DNA of 64,000 nucleotides from Rotaria socialis (GCA_905331295.1 CAJNYD010000007.1:40938-104937); one strand, 5' to 3'. Counted from the stretch's first letter, positions 12,001-26,035 are shown. Numbers and translations: made by a program. Notes: generated by a model from the letters alone, not told the origin.

Positions 12001-15000
12001 ATCGAGCTAACTTAGCTGCTTGCGGTATGTTGTTGGTTTTTTTTTATTAATATTCTAACACAAAAGATGATTTGGGTTGTTTTAGGGGCTGGCATAATTT
12101 ATTTTGTTCTTTATTTACCGTATACACTTTTAATTAATTATGATAGTCAAACATTAGGATGGCATAAAGTGCTTGCTGTAAGAATTTCAAGCTGTAAAAA
12201 CCTAGAATAAGGTATCATTGTTTTGTTTCTAGTGTTTATCGTCAACTGTTTCATTTGGACTTGGCTGTGATTATATTGCTCGTTTTGAAGGCATGGCACA
12301 AGGCATTCAATGGAGTAATATACATAAAGGGGCAAAACCGAATGATAATTTTACATTTCTGAATTGTATGATTATGATGCTTATCGATGCCGTTATCTAT
12401 ATGGCATTAGCTGTATATATTGAAAATGTATTTCCCGGTATGAAATGACAATAGTTTAATTGAAAAAATATTTTCTTTTTCTGTTAAATCTTTAAGGTGA
12501 ATACGGAATTCCTCAACCTTGGTATTATCCGTTTACAAAAACATATTGGTTTGGTTATGATGCAAAAAAGAATCTTCAACGTACGAATGAAATCAATCAG
12601 AACCAGGTCAAAACAAATACGAACAGTAAAACAAAATAAGAAAGATTTTTAATCAAGAAATTATATTTGTTTTCGTAGTTGGCAGCGCTGACGATGATGA
12701 TGGCGATAATACTATTCCTCAGTCTGAAATTGGTGTTCATATTCAAAATCTATCAAAATTTTATAAAAATAAAGTTGCATTAAAAAATCTATCTGTAAAA
12801 TTCTATCGAAATATGATAACAGCATTTCTTGGACGAAACGGAGCTGGTAAAAGTACAACATGGTCTATATTAACTGGCTTAATTCCACCATCGAGTGGTA
12901 CAGTCTATGTTGATGGTTTTGATATATTAACGGATATAAAAGTTATACGAAAACGATTAGGATTTGCTCCACAACATAATATTTTATTTGATCGGTTAAC
13001 TGTTAAAGAGCATTTAGAATTTTTTTCTGCGTACGTAACTATTATTTTATTGATTGAAATCTAGGAAAATGTGTGTGATTATTTTTAAATTTAGTTTGAA
13101 AGGTGCACCTGAAGAATTCATTTCAGATGAAACCAAGAAAATGCTGGCAGATTTAGGAATAGAAAATAAATCAGAAAATTACTCAACTGAATTATCTGGA
13201 GGAATGAAAAGAAAACTTTCGATTGCTATCGCATTTATTGGCAATTCTACAACCGTCATTCTAGATGAACCAACAGCAGGTATGTATACATATTGACTTC
13301 GATTGAACTACTTTGAAATTTCTAGAATTTACTAACTGCTCGAGAGTATTTGGCAACAAAAAACATTTTTTAGAGAACGCTCTCTAGGTCTCGAAGACAT
13401 TTCAGTCGGTTCAAAGTCCATTGAAGAAAAAAGAATTCAATTAAAAAGAAAATTAAGCACAATAATAATTTCGTGCATTTCAGCAAATATTAAAATGTCC
13501 CCTACGTTTATTACGATAAACAAAACTAAGTAGAAAATATGTCTCGTATTTAGGTGTTGATCCATTTGCTCGACGAGCCATATGGGATCTCATTCTTAAA
13601 TATAAACCAGGTCGAACAATCGTATTATCAACTCATCATCTTGACGAAGCTGATTTATTATGTGATCGTTTAGCAATAATATCATCCGGTGAATTACAAT
13701 GTGTAGGCACAACAATGCATTTAAAACATAAATATGGTGAAGGTTATAATTTAATTGTTGAATTAACATCAGTATCCGATGAACTTGAAATACAAAAACA
13801 ACAACAACATACAGTAATTATTCATTTTTTCTAATTTTTTAAGAGAATCTAATAAACAGAACAAGTTCAGAGTATACTAGCAGATCAATGGGAAGAAGAA
13901 AAAACTCTGATAGTGATTCAAAATTCTCTACTAATTGGCTTTACTTGACTATTTTAGAATTCAACAAATAATACAATCTATCCAAATAGTATAGAATTGA
14001 ATATAATTAATCCTAATACGAATTCTTCAACTCGGTTTGAACGATTAACAGCATTTTTAAAATCATCGATGCCTGATTTACGTATAAAAGAACAACATGG
14101 TGATCAAATAGTATATGTTATATTAGATGATGCTGAACATACGAAAATCTTTCCGAAAATTCTCTCTGATCTTGATGAAAATAAAACTAATTATCATATT
14201 AAAAGTTATGGCTTATCGAATAGTAGTCTTGAACAAGTCTTTCTTCGTGTTGCTAATGAAAAGAAATGTACTGAAGATTATGAAATCTCATCATGTTGGA
14301 AACGAATGGCAATTCGTATTCAAGGATGGCTTGGAAAAAATAAACCAATAGAACTAAAAACAAACGAGACAATCAACGAACAAGAAAATGATGATGATGA
14401 TCAAGCACTATTTCATACACGCTTAAGTGGTATGCATAACAATAAACTTTTACGTAATTATATATTTGACAATTTTCTTTTAGAAGAATGGAGTACCTAT
14501 GCCGATGAACGCTACACTGGTATTAGTTATATAGCAGTACAAGTAAGCGGACTACTTATAAAACGCTTTCATCGAACAAAACGTAATATCAAAGCATTGA
14601 TTGCTGAGATTCTTCTTCCAATTGTATTCGTGTTACTTGCAATGCTAGTAACCAAACTAGCACCAGATAAAAGTGAATCACCACCTCTTATTCTTCATCC
14701 GTGGTATTGGGGTAAGCCAAGTTATATGTTTCAAGGCATACCGACTAATAACATAACATTATTATCGAAATCTATTCAACAAACATTTACTCAATCGCCA
14801 TCATTAGGCACACGCTGTATGAAATCATCCATGCTCGACGGAAAAAAATATCCCTGTGATTTGGGCGATGCTAAGTATAATAATGTATCAATAAGTCAAG
14901 AAATAATGAATGCGTTAAATGCTGTCAATTATACATATACACGTATATCACCAAGTTGCGATTGTGACCAGAAAATACAAACCTGCCCAATTGGTGCTGG

Positions 15001-18000
15001 CGGTCCAACACCAAGTTATGATATGACAGAGACAAAAAATACTTTATTTCGTCTTTATGATTATAATATAAGCGATTGGTTTGTCACATATTATAGAAGT
15101 TGCTCTATTACATATAAATGAATTATGTTTAATTTTTTTTAGGGTAGTCAAAACAGAATTTAATGAAGAATATTTAATGAAACGTTTTGGCGGTTTTGAT
15201 TTCTTAGCACAAGATAATTTCAACAGTATCGATCTTTTAAATCAAACTTTGATTGATAGAATAATCAATGCTACTAATACAATTAATAGCACAAATCAAT
15301 TGATAACAAACGTTGATGCAGCAAAAGTTGCTGCTTTCTTTCGCATACATCCACCACAAGTTTCGGTAAATTATTTTGACAAATTTTTATTCATATTGAA
15401 TGTTCATCGAGAATTGAATAAGAATAATGAACTTGAAAGTTGTGTCTGACAACTTCAATCAGAGATGGCGTTAGATATAATTTTCAACACCTAAAACTAC
15501 TTGATCTTAATGAATCGATAGAAAATTTCTATTTCAGGTTTGGTACAATAACAAAGGATGGCCATCGAGTGTCGCATTTTTAAATGTATTCAATAATGCA
15601 TTTTTACGCGGTTTACTTCTTCAGAACAGCTCATCAACGCCCATAGATGAATATGGTATAACAGCTATAAGTCATCCATTACCAGAAGCAGCAATTCAAA
15701 TTGATAGTGAAATGCAAACTAATATGGCTCTTGAATTGTTTACAGCCATATGTGTAATATTTGCATTAGCATTTATTCCTGCAAGTTTTCTTGTTTTTCT
15801 TATTGATGAAAATGTTACAACATCAAAACATCTACAATTTGTTAGTGGTGTTAAAGGTAGCTAGTTATTTACGAAAATAATTATGAAGAAAACTGCATAT
15901 GCTTATTGCTTTTGTTTTTAGGTATAACCTATTGGGCGGCAAATTTCGTTTGGGATTTAGCAAATTATTGTGTATCAATTGGATTTTGTATTATCATATT
16001 TCTTGGTTTCGGCATTGAAGCATATGTACATCAGACAAATTTACTTTGTCTTTTCTTACTATTATTTTTATATGGTTTTGCTACAATACCTTTAATGTAT
16101 CCAATTAGTTATCTATTTAGTACTCCATCGACTGGTTTTGTTGTTATATCATCAATTAATATATTTGTTGGTCTAATGACAACAATATCAACAGTAACAC
16201 TAGAAAGTTTTCAAGATGAACCTGATCTACAAAAGATTAATAATATTTTAACAAAAGTATTTTTAATATTTCCGCATTATAACCTTGGAAGAGGCCTATT
16301 TGATTTGAGTAAAACAAATGCCATCAATGTAGTCAGTGTTAAATATAGTTAGTTTGTTTTTGTTGTCTCTTGCTAGAATTTAATATCAAGATTAATTTGT
16401 TTACTTTGCAGTTGCTGACTATCAGCGTCTATCACCATTTCAATTTAATATTGTTGGTAGAAATCTTGCTTTATTCATTGAAGGAATAGTTTTCTTCATA
16501 TTCGCAATACTTGTTCAATATCGATTTTTTATTCCTGACCGGTGAGTATTCATAAATTTAGAGATTTCAATAGAACCGTATTTTATTTTAATTTTAATAT
16601 TTAGTGGTTGTGTTCGTACACCAAACGATTTAGTATCATCAAACGAAGATGAAGATGTAGCTGCTGAACGAGAAAGAATTTATTCTGATCCTAGTAATAC
16701 AAGTGGAGATGTTCTACGAATGATTGATTTAGTTAAAGTACGAATAAAAAAGAAGAAGCAATTTGAAAAAGAAAAGAAAATTTTTTTCTTTTAATTTTGC
16801 TTTTAGGTTTATGGTTGGAGATTCGGAAAAAAATTTACTGCAGTCAAACGAACGTGTGCTGGTATTAAACAAGGTGAATGTTTTGGTTTATTAGGTATCA
16901 ATGGTTCAGGAAAGTCGACAACATTTAAAATGTTAACTGGAGAAATTTCAATGACCGATGGAAATGCGCTTGTTAATAATTATAGTGTTATTAAACAATT
17001 GAGTGCTGTTCATCGAAATTTAGGGTAAAAATACATTCAAGAAGAACCAACGTTCTTATTTCATAGTGTCGTTGTTCTAGTTATTGCCCACAATTTGATG
17101 CACTGGATTCTCTATTGACAGCACGCGAACATCTTTTTCTTTATGCTCGTCTACGCGGAATCAATAGAAAGAATATTCCATTTGTAAGTTAGCTTTTACT
17201 AGACTTCTTACCATTGAACCGATCGAACTCTCACTCACCACTTAAGCGCTTACTAGGCAAATGATTTCTTGAACTATTCTAAAAACAACTACAGGATGAG
17301 TTTTTTTAGATCAAAATTTTATTCTTCGATTTTCAAGTAAAATAGTGTTAACTTGACTCTGAAGACGCGTAGGCAAAAATCTTGTTCTAGTTTCAACGCG
17401 ACTCTACTACAAATAGTAGAAGTAAAATGATCTGTTAGAGATAGGTTTAATTTATTAATATTAATTAACTTACACCAAGGAGAAAAAGTATTTAAAAAAA
17501 AGACCTTGTGTGTATAGATTACGAATTGCTTATTAAAACGACTTGGTCTTACATTGTGGGCTGATCGACCAGTACAACAATACTCTGGCGGTAATAAGCG
17601 TAAATTATCTACTGCTATTTCGCTGATTGGCAATCCATCGATTATATTTATGGATGTAAGTTTATATCATGTTTTAAAAAAAAAAGGACATTCACGGTCA
17701 TTATTAGGAACCAACAACTGGAATGGATGTACGTGCGAAAAGATTTTTATGGAATTGCATATTGACATTAACTCGTAAAGATAATAAATCAGTTGTAATA
17801 ACATCTCATTCAATGGAAGAATGTGAAACATTATGCAATCGTATGAATAGTTGATCTTTATTTATTTGTTTTTTGTATAGACTAGTTTTTGTTTGAGGTC
17901 TTGTTATTATGGTTGGTGGAGAATTTAAATGTTTTGGTAGTGTACAACATTTGAAAGCCAAGTAATAAGATTGAATCATTGTTTTTGCCTGAAAACGAAT

Positions 18001-18481
18001 ACTATCTATTTTATTTAAAGATTCGGCGATGGTTATACTATTCTTGTTCGAACGGAAATCAATAGTGATATGAAACAAGTTATTAATTATATAAAAGAAC
18101 GAATACCAGAAGCTGATGTCAAAGAAGAACATAATAAAATGATACATTTTCGTGTGTCAGCACATGTTCCATTACACAAAATGTTCAGTGTTCTAGAGAA
18201 AGCACGTGAAGATTTGATAAATATAATTGAAGATTATACAGTTACACAAGTCACACTTGATGATGTATTTGTTAATTTTGCTAAATTACAAGAAGAAAAT
18301 CAAGCATCCGAACAAGTCATCCATGATCATGAAGATAGTTGTTTAAAAAGAAACTTTTTCTATAAATTATTTTCCAAAAAACGAAAGAATATAATCGGTG
18401 AGTTGACTCATAGAAATTTTCTATCTCATACGTATAATTGATTTCATATTAATGCTTTTTATAGAATTAACCAAACTTTAG
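9004..18481 (+). CDS. ABCA: Full-size ABC subfamily A transporter, ABCA1/ABCA4-like, multi-exon
   Basis: N-terminus [23 protein letters not shown]1 has [18 protein letters not shown] and ILDEPT; NBD2 has [18 protein letters not shown] and FMD|EPT. Also VWYNNKGW, the C-terminal VFVNFA motif, and a last micro-exon giving ELTKL* (stop 18479-18481). Confidence 0.93.
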
Positions 18482-19248
18482 TCTGTAATAGCGAGGTATG
18501 TAGATTTCATAATGTTGTTTGCTTTTATCGTTACTAATTGGCAAAACACTATACGTTTGTTCTATTGATCTGCTGACGAATTCCAGAAAACTTTCAAGAG
18601 TCCTTAGCAATTATCTTTGAACTGCATTAGTTTTTACTCTAGAGTATATGATAAAAATAGCACGAGAATCGACTGATCAATTGTTTTTATCAATGCATTA
18701 ATTATATAATTAAATCTGTACTACTATATTTATTTCTAGGCATTCAATAGCAAGCCTTCGATTATAACTTTGGATATTTTTTCTTGATTCAAATTGTATT
18801 AATAATGATACAAATTGTCGATCGGTTTTCATTGTTATTTTACTTTTGAGCCATTATGCATCTGTGATACATCACTTCTCTTCTCGCTCTCCTAGTGCTC
18901 TATTCAAAGTAGTCTGCATATTTTGTTTTTATCAATTATATATTCCGGTGACAAGAAATATATTTTGCACTATTTCGCTAAGCTATTATATTTTTATATA
19001 GTTAAATTATGGTATTACGCTGTTAAAAACTAAGACTGGAGTTACATTCTTATCTACAGTGATCTTTTAAATGTTTCAGTGCCATTGCTATGTTTTTAAA
19101 TATATTTTCTTGTTTAATAATAAAATGTTCTTGACAAAATAAATACAAATCAGTCAGTAGTATTCATTTCTTTTCTTTTTTTTTTATTGTTCTCGATTTG
19201 TTGGTAACCACACGCATATTTGAAGTATTATGTTGACAACTAAGAGTA

Positions 19249-20139
19249 TTATCCAATCATGGCATTCGATAGTTGTTGTTTTCGTAGCAGATTTCGTACC
19301 GATCGCTTTCGACTACCGAGTGGATTCATGCAGCAGAAACGACCTAACAAACAAAAAATACAGATCATGATCGATTTAAATTAGAAAAATAACAGAAGAA
19401 ATCATACGACGTATTGTTGGTGTCGATGGTGATTGTAAATAGTCGTCATCCGATCGAGACTTTTCTGAGAGAGAAAAAGATCGATCTTTATTGAAATTTA
19501 AATAAAAAGATCCTCTATAATATTTAAATGTTTACCTGGATTTGTTACATATTTTAATACTAATTGTTTAATAGCGTCTTGTTGTAATTTTTCAAGTTGA
19601 TTCTGAATTATTCAAAACAAACAATAGACATATTTATAGATTCGTTGCGTTAAGAAAGGAAAATAGTGTACAACAATCGTAGATCTATTTTTTTCTCTTT
19701 TGTTTTCTTCGCATTCAATCCAATTAACATTGATCAGGAAACAATGGTGGTATCTTGTAAATATATATAGAAAGATTTCTCTGGTAATTCAAGAGGTCTT
19801 ATCAATTTTGAACACGAGACACAAGGTCAATGTCTGTGTTTTTCTTTACTAATTTTCGGAAACAAAGCCGGAAATGATTATCTTTTGGAGTGGTACAGCA
19901 ATATTTTTATGTTAATCCGGATAATAATAGAAAATAAACGCCGTGAACTACAATTTATTTATCTCAGCAGATTGAAATTAGAACAACCAACTTCATTTTT
20001 CGGAATTCTGATTTCCTAAAAAAACTGAACAATCCACATATTGTACCTGATATTCGTCATTGTCTGTGTTGACAAAGCAATGCACAAAAATAAATTTGTT
20101 GGCGATCATAATAAATATTAATAAATAGACTGACGGCAT
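19249..20139 (-). CDS. Small secreted protein, neuropeptide/prohormone-like precursor (103 aa, 4 exons)
   Basis: Exons 20139-20047, 19602-19536, 19464-19408 and 19343-19249 join through GT-AG introns in compatible phases (312 nt). Product: MPSVYLLIFIMIANKFIFVHCFVNTDNDEYQNQLEKLQQDAIKQLVLKYVTNPEKSRSDDDYLQSPSTPTIRRRFCCMNPLGSRKRSVRNLLRKQQLSNAMIG*. Hydrophobic N-terminus; minus-strand AATAAA near 19183-19188. Alternative in-frame ATG at 20175. Confidence 0.75.
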
Positions 20140-20416
20140 TGATGAATCAAAGGTTTTCGTTCCAATACCAAACATTTTCAAAATATTTGCAAAATGTGTT
20201 TCTATAATGATGCAAAAATGTAGACGTAAACGCCGACTTTATTCTAATGGTTTTATCTCAACGAGAGTAACTTGGCTTCAAAATGATGATGGAATGAATT
20301 CTATGATCTGCTCGATAAAAAAAAGCAGATTGATGAGAGAACTTAAAAAACAAAGAAATTTCTATGGATTAGAGAATAAACAGAGAGAGAAAATATTAGG
20401 ATGGAATGGAAACAAA

Positions 20417-20439
20417 GAGAGAGAGAGAGAGAGAGAGAG
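20417..20439. repeat. (GA)n microsatellite
   Basis: Visible GA run. Similar short microsatellites: (TA)n near 26446, 26941, 27148 and 31327; (CT)n near 39408; (GA)n near 41405; (AAT)n near 55268. Confidence 0.9.
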
Positions 20440-20673
20440 CTAGAAACAAAGAGACAGTAGAATAGAATTGCCGCTTTTTTCCTATAACTTCAATAACCGT
20501 ATTGAGAAAGCGAATCTGAATCGGCGTATGCTGTTTGGCAGAATAATACGATTGTTTCTTGATTTTTGAATACTAAGCAATTGCTCATCTATTAGCAAGC
20601 TTGTTGATCGGAAGAAATGTCAAAATGATTCTTTTGTCTGTTTTTTTTGTTAAGCCTCTCACGGTAGAACATC

Positions 20674-20833
20674 CCCAAGCGATTCACACCGTTTGATCTA
20701 ATATTTTTCTCATAGGAAGGATCCAATGAGACTAGAAAAAGTCTAAAAGATTTCGTGCCATTAGACCTTTCCTAGTCTCATTGGATCCTTCCTATAAGAA
20801 AAATATTAGACCCAACGGTGCGAATCACTTGGG
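20674..20833. repeat. Long inverted repeat / fold-back (73-bp arms, 14-nt loop)
   Basis: 20674-20746 is the reverse complement of 20761-20833, with 66 of 73 positions matching and no gaps. Confidence 0.95.
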
Positions 20834-21120
20834 ACCGGTCCTTCGTCAGTGATATCAGATAATAAAATTCACATTTCAGCGTGTGTTTTCTGTTATGAAC
20901 ATATTCAAATTGTAGATTTTATGAACCAGTAAAATATGTGGGAATAAAACTGACAAGTGAAGTATTGAATATGATAGCTTTGTGGTGTAAAACAAAAGTA
21001 GAGAACATATGATTACATGAGTCCGACAATGATATCAATCTTAGATAGAATAGAAGATGAATAATGATTTCTTGTCTTTATTTATTCTTATTATAATTAG
21101 TATTTTATTTGAAAGAACTA

Positions 21121-23581
21121 CTACCAACATTGAACATTTTGTTTTGGTACACATCGTTTTAAACTTGATGAAAATAATGAACCGGGCGGACATTCATAAC
21201 GACTTTTAGTTGAGCAATCTGTAAAGAAACGGCACATTGAGTCAACTACGACCGAGGATGGATCCCAACAATTAGTTGACGATACTGATGATGCCGGAGC
21301 TCGAACTGATAGAAACAAAAACTAGAAGTTTTCAAATGAAAATTGAATTCTTACATTTTGTTGAACATTTAATAGGCGAATCCTGTAATTCTTTTTCTTT
21401 GACACATTTGTTTTTATCTTCGGAATAGATGAGCGGAGAAGGACATGTTCGTGATATAGTTATTTGTTGGCCGCTAGGTGTTGTTAAACATTCATAATAA
21501 CTTTGACAATTGTTTGAGACATTAGCATAAGTTTGCTTTTGTTTCGCTAGAAAAATTGAAGAATATATTTTTCTCGCATTGTTCAATATTAGCAAGATTT
21601 TTATACTCACAATCTAAACAATACAATTTTGCAGTTGCTGATTGATGAGTAGCTTTGCCAGTAGTCGTAGGTGTAGTGCGTGTTGTACTTGGTCTTGTTG
21701 ATGATTCTTTTCCATTGACAATCTCTTTTGCTGTATTGATTAATGGAAATTTTCCTTCATCGCATTTATCACCACGGAAATCATCTAAATCCATCGCCCA
21801 GAACATAGCTCCACCTAACTCCATTTCATTGACATATTCAGCCTGTTTCAATGCATTACTTACAAACAGATTAATTAACATGTATACTATTCTAATCCGC
21901 AATGCTTCGTCTAGTTTTGGCAAAAATTCTTTGGTTAACTCTTTCAAAGTCATACATTACCTCAAATATAGTAGTATTTTTGAAAAGACTCGCGTGTGCC
22001 TATTTTTTTCTTTATTTTATCGTGTGTCTCCTTCTTTTTTTGTTACTCTGGTCATTATGATTTCTCTGCATGCTTACAACTATTAAAATCAAAATAAAGA
22101 TCTTACCTTAAGAGCAATACTCTCTTTGTCATCATAACCAACCCAACTGGAACCCGAATGAGCATAGGGTACTTGATGTTCGGTTGACCATTCTTTTTGC
22201 CATCCTAATGAGAGATTTGACATATGAAATCTCTCTTTTATTATTAGACAAAACTAACCTTCCTTGAGTTTTTCACATACTTCATAATAACTCAAAAAAC
22301 CACTTTCTCCTGTATATTTACCAGCTGCAGCACCACCGCCAGTAGTAGGAGCACCTAATTTAGAAGAAAAAAGACCAGCACATTATAAATAATATAAAAT
22401 GGCTTTTTTTCTTTTCTACCAATATTACTGACTGACGGATTGGCAAGATTATTAGTTCGTCTGAAAGTATACAAGGAAAACATTCAGTTTTGAGTAAAAA
22501 AAATAAATCCTAAAATATTATCTACCCATAAGCACCCATGCCTAAATTTAACTTGTCAGGCGTACAATCTGGTTTTTTTATCATATGTTCAACTGTCTGC
22601 TTTTGACTTGTTAATGGACTGTTATGTCCAGCAACTCTATCCCATGGACCGCTATAATCATATGCCATAATATTAACAAAATCGAGATATCTACAATACA
22701 TGTCATTTAATATATCGATTGAATATTTTATCCTTTACTTGCAAACTTCAGGTTCATAGCTACCATCGTATTTTGAAGGTGCAGCTGGTGTTGCAGCTGA
22801 TAATAAAAGACCTTCTTGTTGATATTTTGCACTTAATTGCTAATAGAAGAAATTAATCACATGACTAATTTTTAATAGTCAAATTTTTACCTTAGCTAAT
22901 TCTGTGAAACGTCCTCGATCTTCAGGAGGACTACCACGATCAGCTGGATATTCCCAATCTACAAAAACAAATTACGATTGAAATCAAAATTATATATATA
23001 TATAGATGTATACCAAGATCAAGACCATCGAATCCATATTCTTTAAGAAATTTATATGAATTTTCAACAAATTCTGCTCGTGATTGTTCTGTTGCAACCA
23101 TTTGTGTAAATGGTGCCGATCCATGATTCCAACCACCGACTGCAAGCGAAATTTTTAAATCAGGATTTTGCTGTTTTAAGGCCATGATTTGTTTATACAT
23201 TTCTAGAAACAAGAAGATATATTCTATACTTTCAGTATTTATATGTTCTTGGCAAACCAGGATCGCTTCCTTCAGTTGATGCTAAACCATTTCCTTGAAC
23301 ACGTGCAAACGAATATATAATATGCGTACATAAATTTGGATCAATATCGTTAATAGAAAATTTTCCATCGCCTGGCCGATAAGCAGACCAATTTGTATAA
23401 TAGCATATTACTCGTTTTGAATAACCTATAGAATATTTTGATTGAATCAGAAAATAATTTCGTATAGAATACCTTGATTAATTGTCAAGAATAATAATGC
23501 AGAAAGGAGGCTAAAATAGAATAAAGAAACCGTTTCTTTTAATATATATATATTTGTTTTTGCTTACAAGAGAAATTTCAT
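21121..23581 (-). CDS. Secreted GH18 chitinase with Thr-rich linker and two CBM14 (peritrophin-A) chitin-binding domains
   Basis: Signal peptide MKFLFLLSALLFLTINQG; ICYYTNWS.YRPG.GKF; AVGGWN; catalytic FDGLDL|DWEYP (DxxDxDxE); LDFVNIMAYD; WVGYDD; LGGAMFWAMDLDDF; then two Cys-rich C-terminal modules. Confidence 0.93.
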
Positions 23582-24639
23582 CACTATTCCAGACACAATA
23601 GGTGGTTATCAGTACTGTTTAAAAATTAATAAAATGAAGAATCATGTGGTTTTTATCAGTATATCAAAGTCATCATTCGTAACTTGATATTCGACTTAAT
23701 TCTGTGCAATAACTTCAAGGACAAGCAATGCTTTCCATTCGATCGTATTTTTATCAGTATCCATTATATTTCATTTTATTGTCACACTCTCAAATTTGGC
23801 AACAAAGGATTATTTGATGGAATCCTGTATTATCCGACATCCACACCCTGTTGGGGTTTTTTTCTTGTATTAAATTACTAAAATAAATCCTATGTTTTCG
23901 TTTTCATATACTCAAAGACAAAAAGTATTGATGCACTTTTATTGAAAAGAAAATAAGTTTTAGAATCTTAATTAGAAAAATACGCCGAAACTATTTGATT
24001 AATGATTCTATATCATCTAAGTCGTAGGTTTTCACTTGGTTGGAGTACGGTGAGATAATTTTTTACAGAAATAAATTGACTTTTTTTGCAAAGGTTATTA
24101 CACAACTGTTGATCGTTGATATTGAAATGATACTTTTCATTTTTGGATTGTTACATAATTGTTGTTCAAGAAAATTAGATTGAAATAAAATCTTTTTCAA
24201 CTAATTCAGATGTTTTAAAATTAAGGAAAAGGTGAACGGCATTGATTTAATTTCCTCATTATTTGTTGATTAAAAAAATACTGAATGTGAATTTTATTGA
24301 ACAATTAAAAACAACGAATCATTCATAGATGACCAACTTCAAAACATCAGGTAGAAGCTCATTATATGAAAATGTCGAGATGAATGATCAAGCTTGATTG
24401 ATTATTGGTGTTAGATGTGCTGATATATTAGGGATTTTGTAATTTCAAGACTGAGCCAAGCATTTATTATAAGAGTGAATATTAATCATTTTCTTTTTTT
24501 TTCTTGATTATTTATAAAAGAAAGTAGGCAATTACTGTAAGAAATTTGTCTATGATGTTTTTTTTCCGACAAGCAAAGATTATTAATCAAGCGCATGAAT
24601 AACATCATAAAATCAAAAAGAAAAGTTAACGAAGTGATA

Positions 24640-26035
24640 TCAAGCATCGGCCATATTTGGTAAGATAACACGTTCGCCAGGTTTAAATGGAGGTAAACCA
24701 CGTGCCGGACAGCCAGCACACCGAAAAGCGTCGCCCAAATAACACTACACAAAAAAAACACACATATTGTTGATCAAAGTAGCATAGTTTTTTCTTAAAT
24801 ACATACACTTCCGCATGATGATTTAACGTTCTGTTTTGCTTCTGTATGTTCTTCTTGTTCAAGCTCTTGAGCTAAACCACATGTACAATTTTTACATGCT
24901 TTTCGAACACCAGTTGATGTTGTGCCACAATCATATGCTATATTAAAAAAAAATACAACTCCTCATTAACGAGTCTCATGGACGTTCACAGTTCGGCGCT
25001 AGAATGTTGATACAATCTGGCACAGTTAAATTCGAAAAATAAGTTTACTGAAAACTTCTTATGCAAGCGACGGAACAGTATTGCTCTGTATTTATTAGCG
25101 ATATTTTTCTATGAATTTTATTTTCATGTGTTCCAAAAATAATTGATAACAAAAACACATAGTTTTATTTTCTTTTCTCTTTTCGAACCTTTCTATTTTA
25201 TCTCATTTTATTGAAAGAGCATGTCAAATTGAAGTTCCTGGTGAAACCTATTTTTTGATTAGTGTATTTTATTATAGAATTTTTTCGCAAGAAAAGTGTG
25301 TGGAAATATAAAATGTTCTCTCCACTAGACAGATTCTGTCAGGAGACTGAAAAGAAACATAACTTTACTTTTAACATCAGGTTTTTTTCGATCCTGCTCA
25401 TCTAATAATTCATCGGTATCAATTAAATCATCATCGTCCATTGTCCATGTCGTTTTGCCACTAGCTGTTAAGGATGATATTTGACCCGTACGAGTGTCAC
25501 TCCCGTTACGTAATGGCACTGAATAACCAATATCAAATGATGGTTTTTGACATAACCATAATGATCTCATTTTGTTAACGTGATCATCTTTATTTTCGAT
25601 TAGAAATGATGAATTCGTATCGAGTGGACTGCAACTAGTAAAACCACACATTTTAAATTGATCAACTGTTTGTAATTGTGTTGTATGTTCGACAAGTGCT
25701 ATTAGATGACCATTCGGACGAAGTACACGAAACAGTTCATTTAACATATCAGTAGTTGCTCGAGTCTCTCGTTTACTTACAAGGCCAAAAAGAACGATAT
25801 CAAATGATGATGATGCACGTTTAGCTATTATTGTTTACATAAATCAAAAATGAATATTTTTATTTCGATCTTTATTAAACTTACATTCGATAACCATTTC
25901 AGCATTTTCAAATGCAATAACAGCTTGTTTTGCTTTTGTTTGTATTATATTTTGAAAGCCTGGTAAATTTTCTGGATTGACATCAGTAGCCCAAATAACA
26001 AGAATATTTTTAGCACAAGCAAAAATTTCATCCAT
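24640..26035 (-). CDS. CIAPIN1: Anamorsin / Dre2 cytosolic Fe-S cluster assembly protein
   Basis: Methyltransferase-like N-domain, acidic linker [16 protein letters not shown], and Cys motifs CG...[12 protein letters not shown] and [29 protein letters not shown]. Stop at 24640-24642. Confidence 0.93.
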
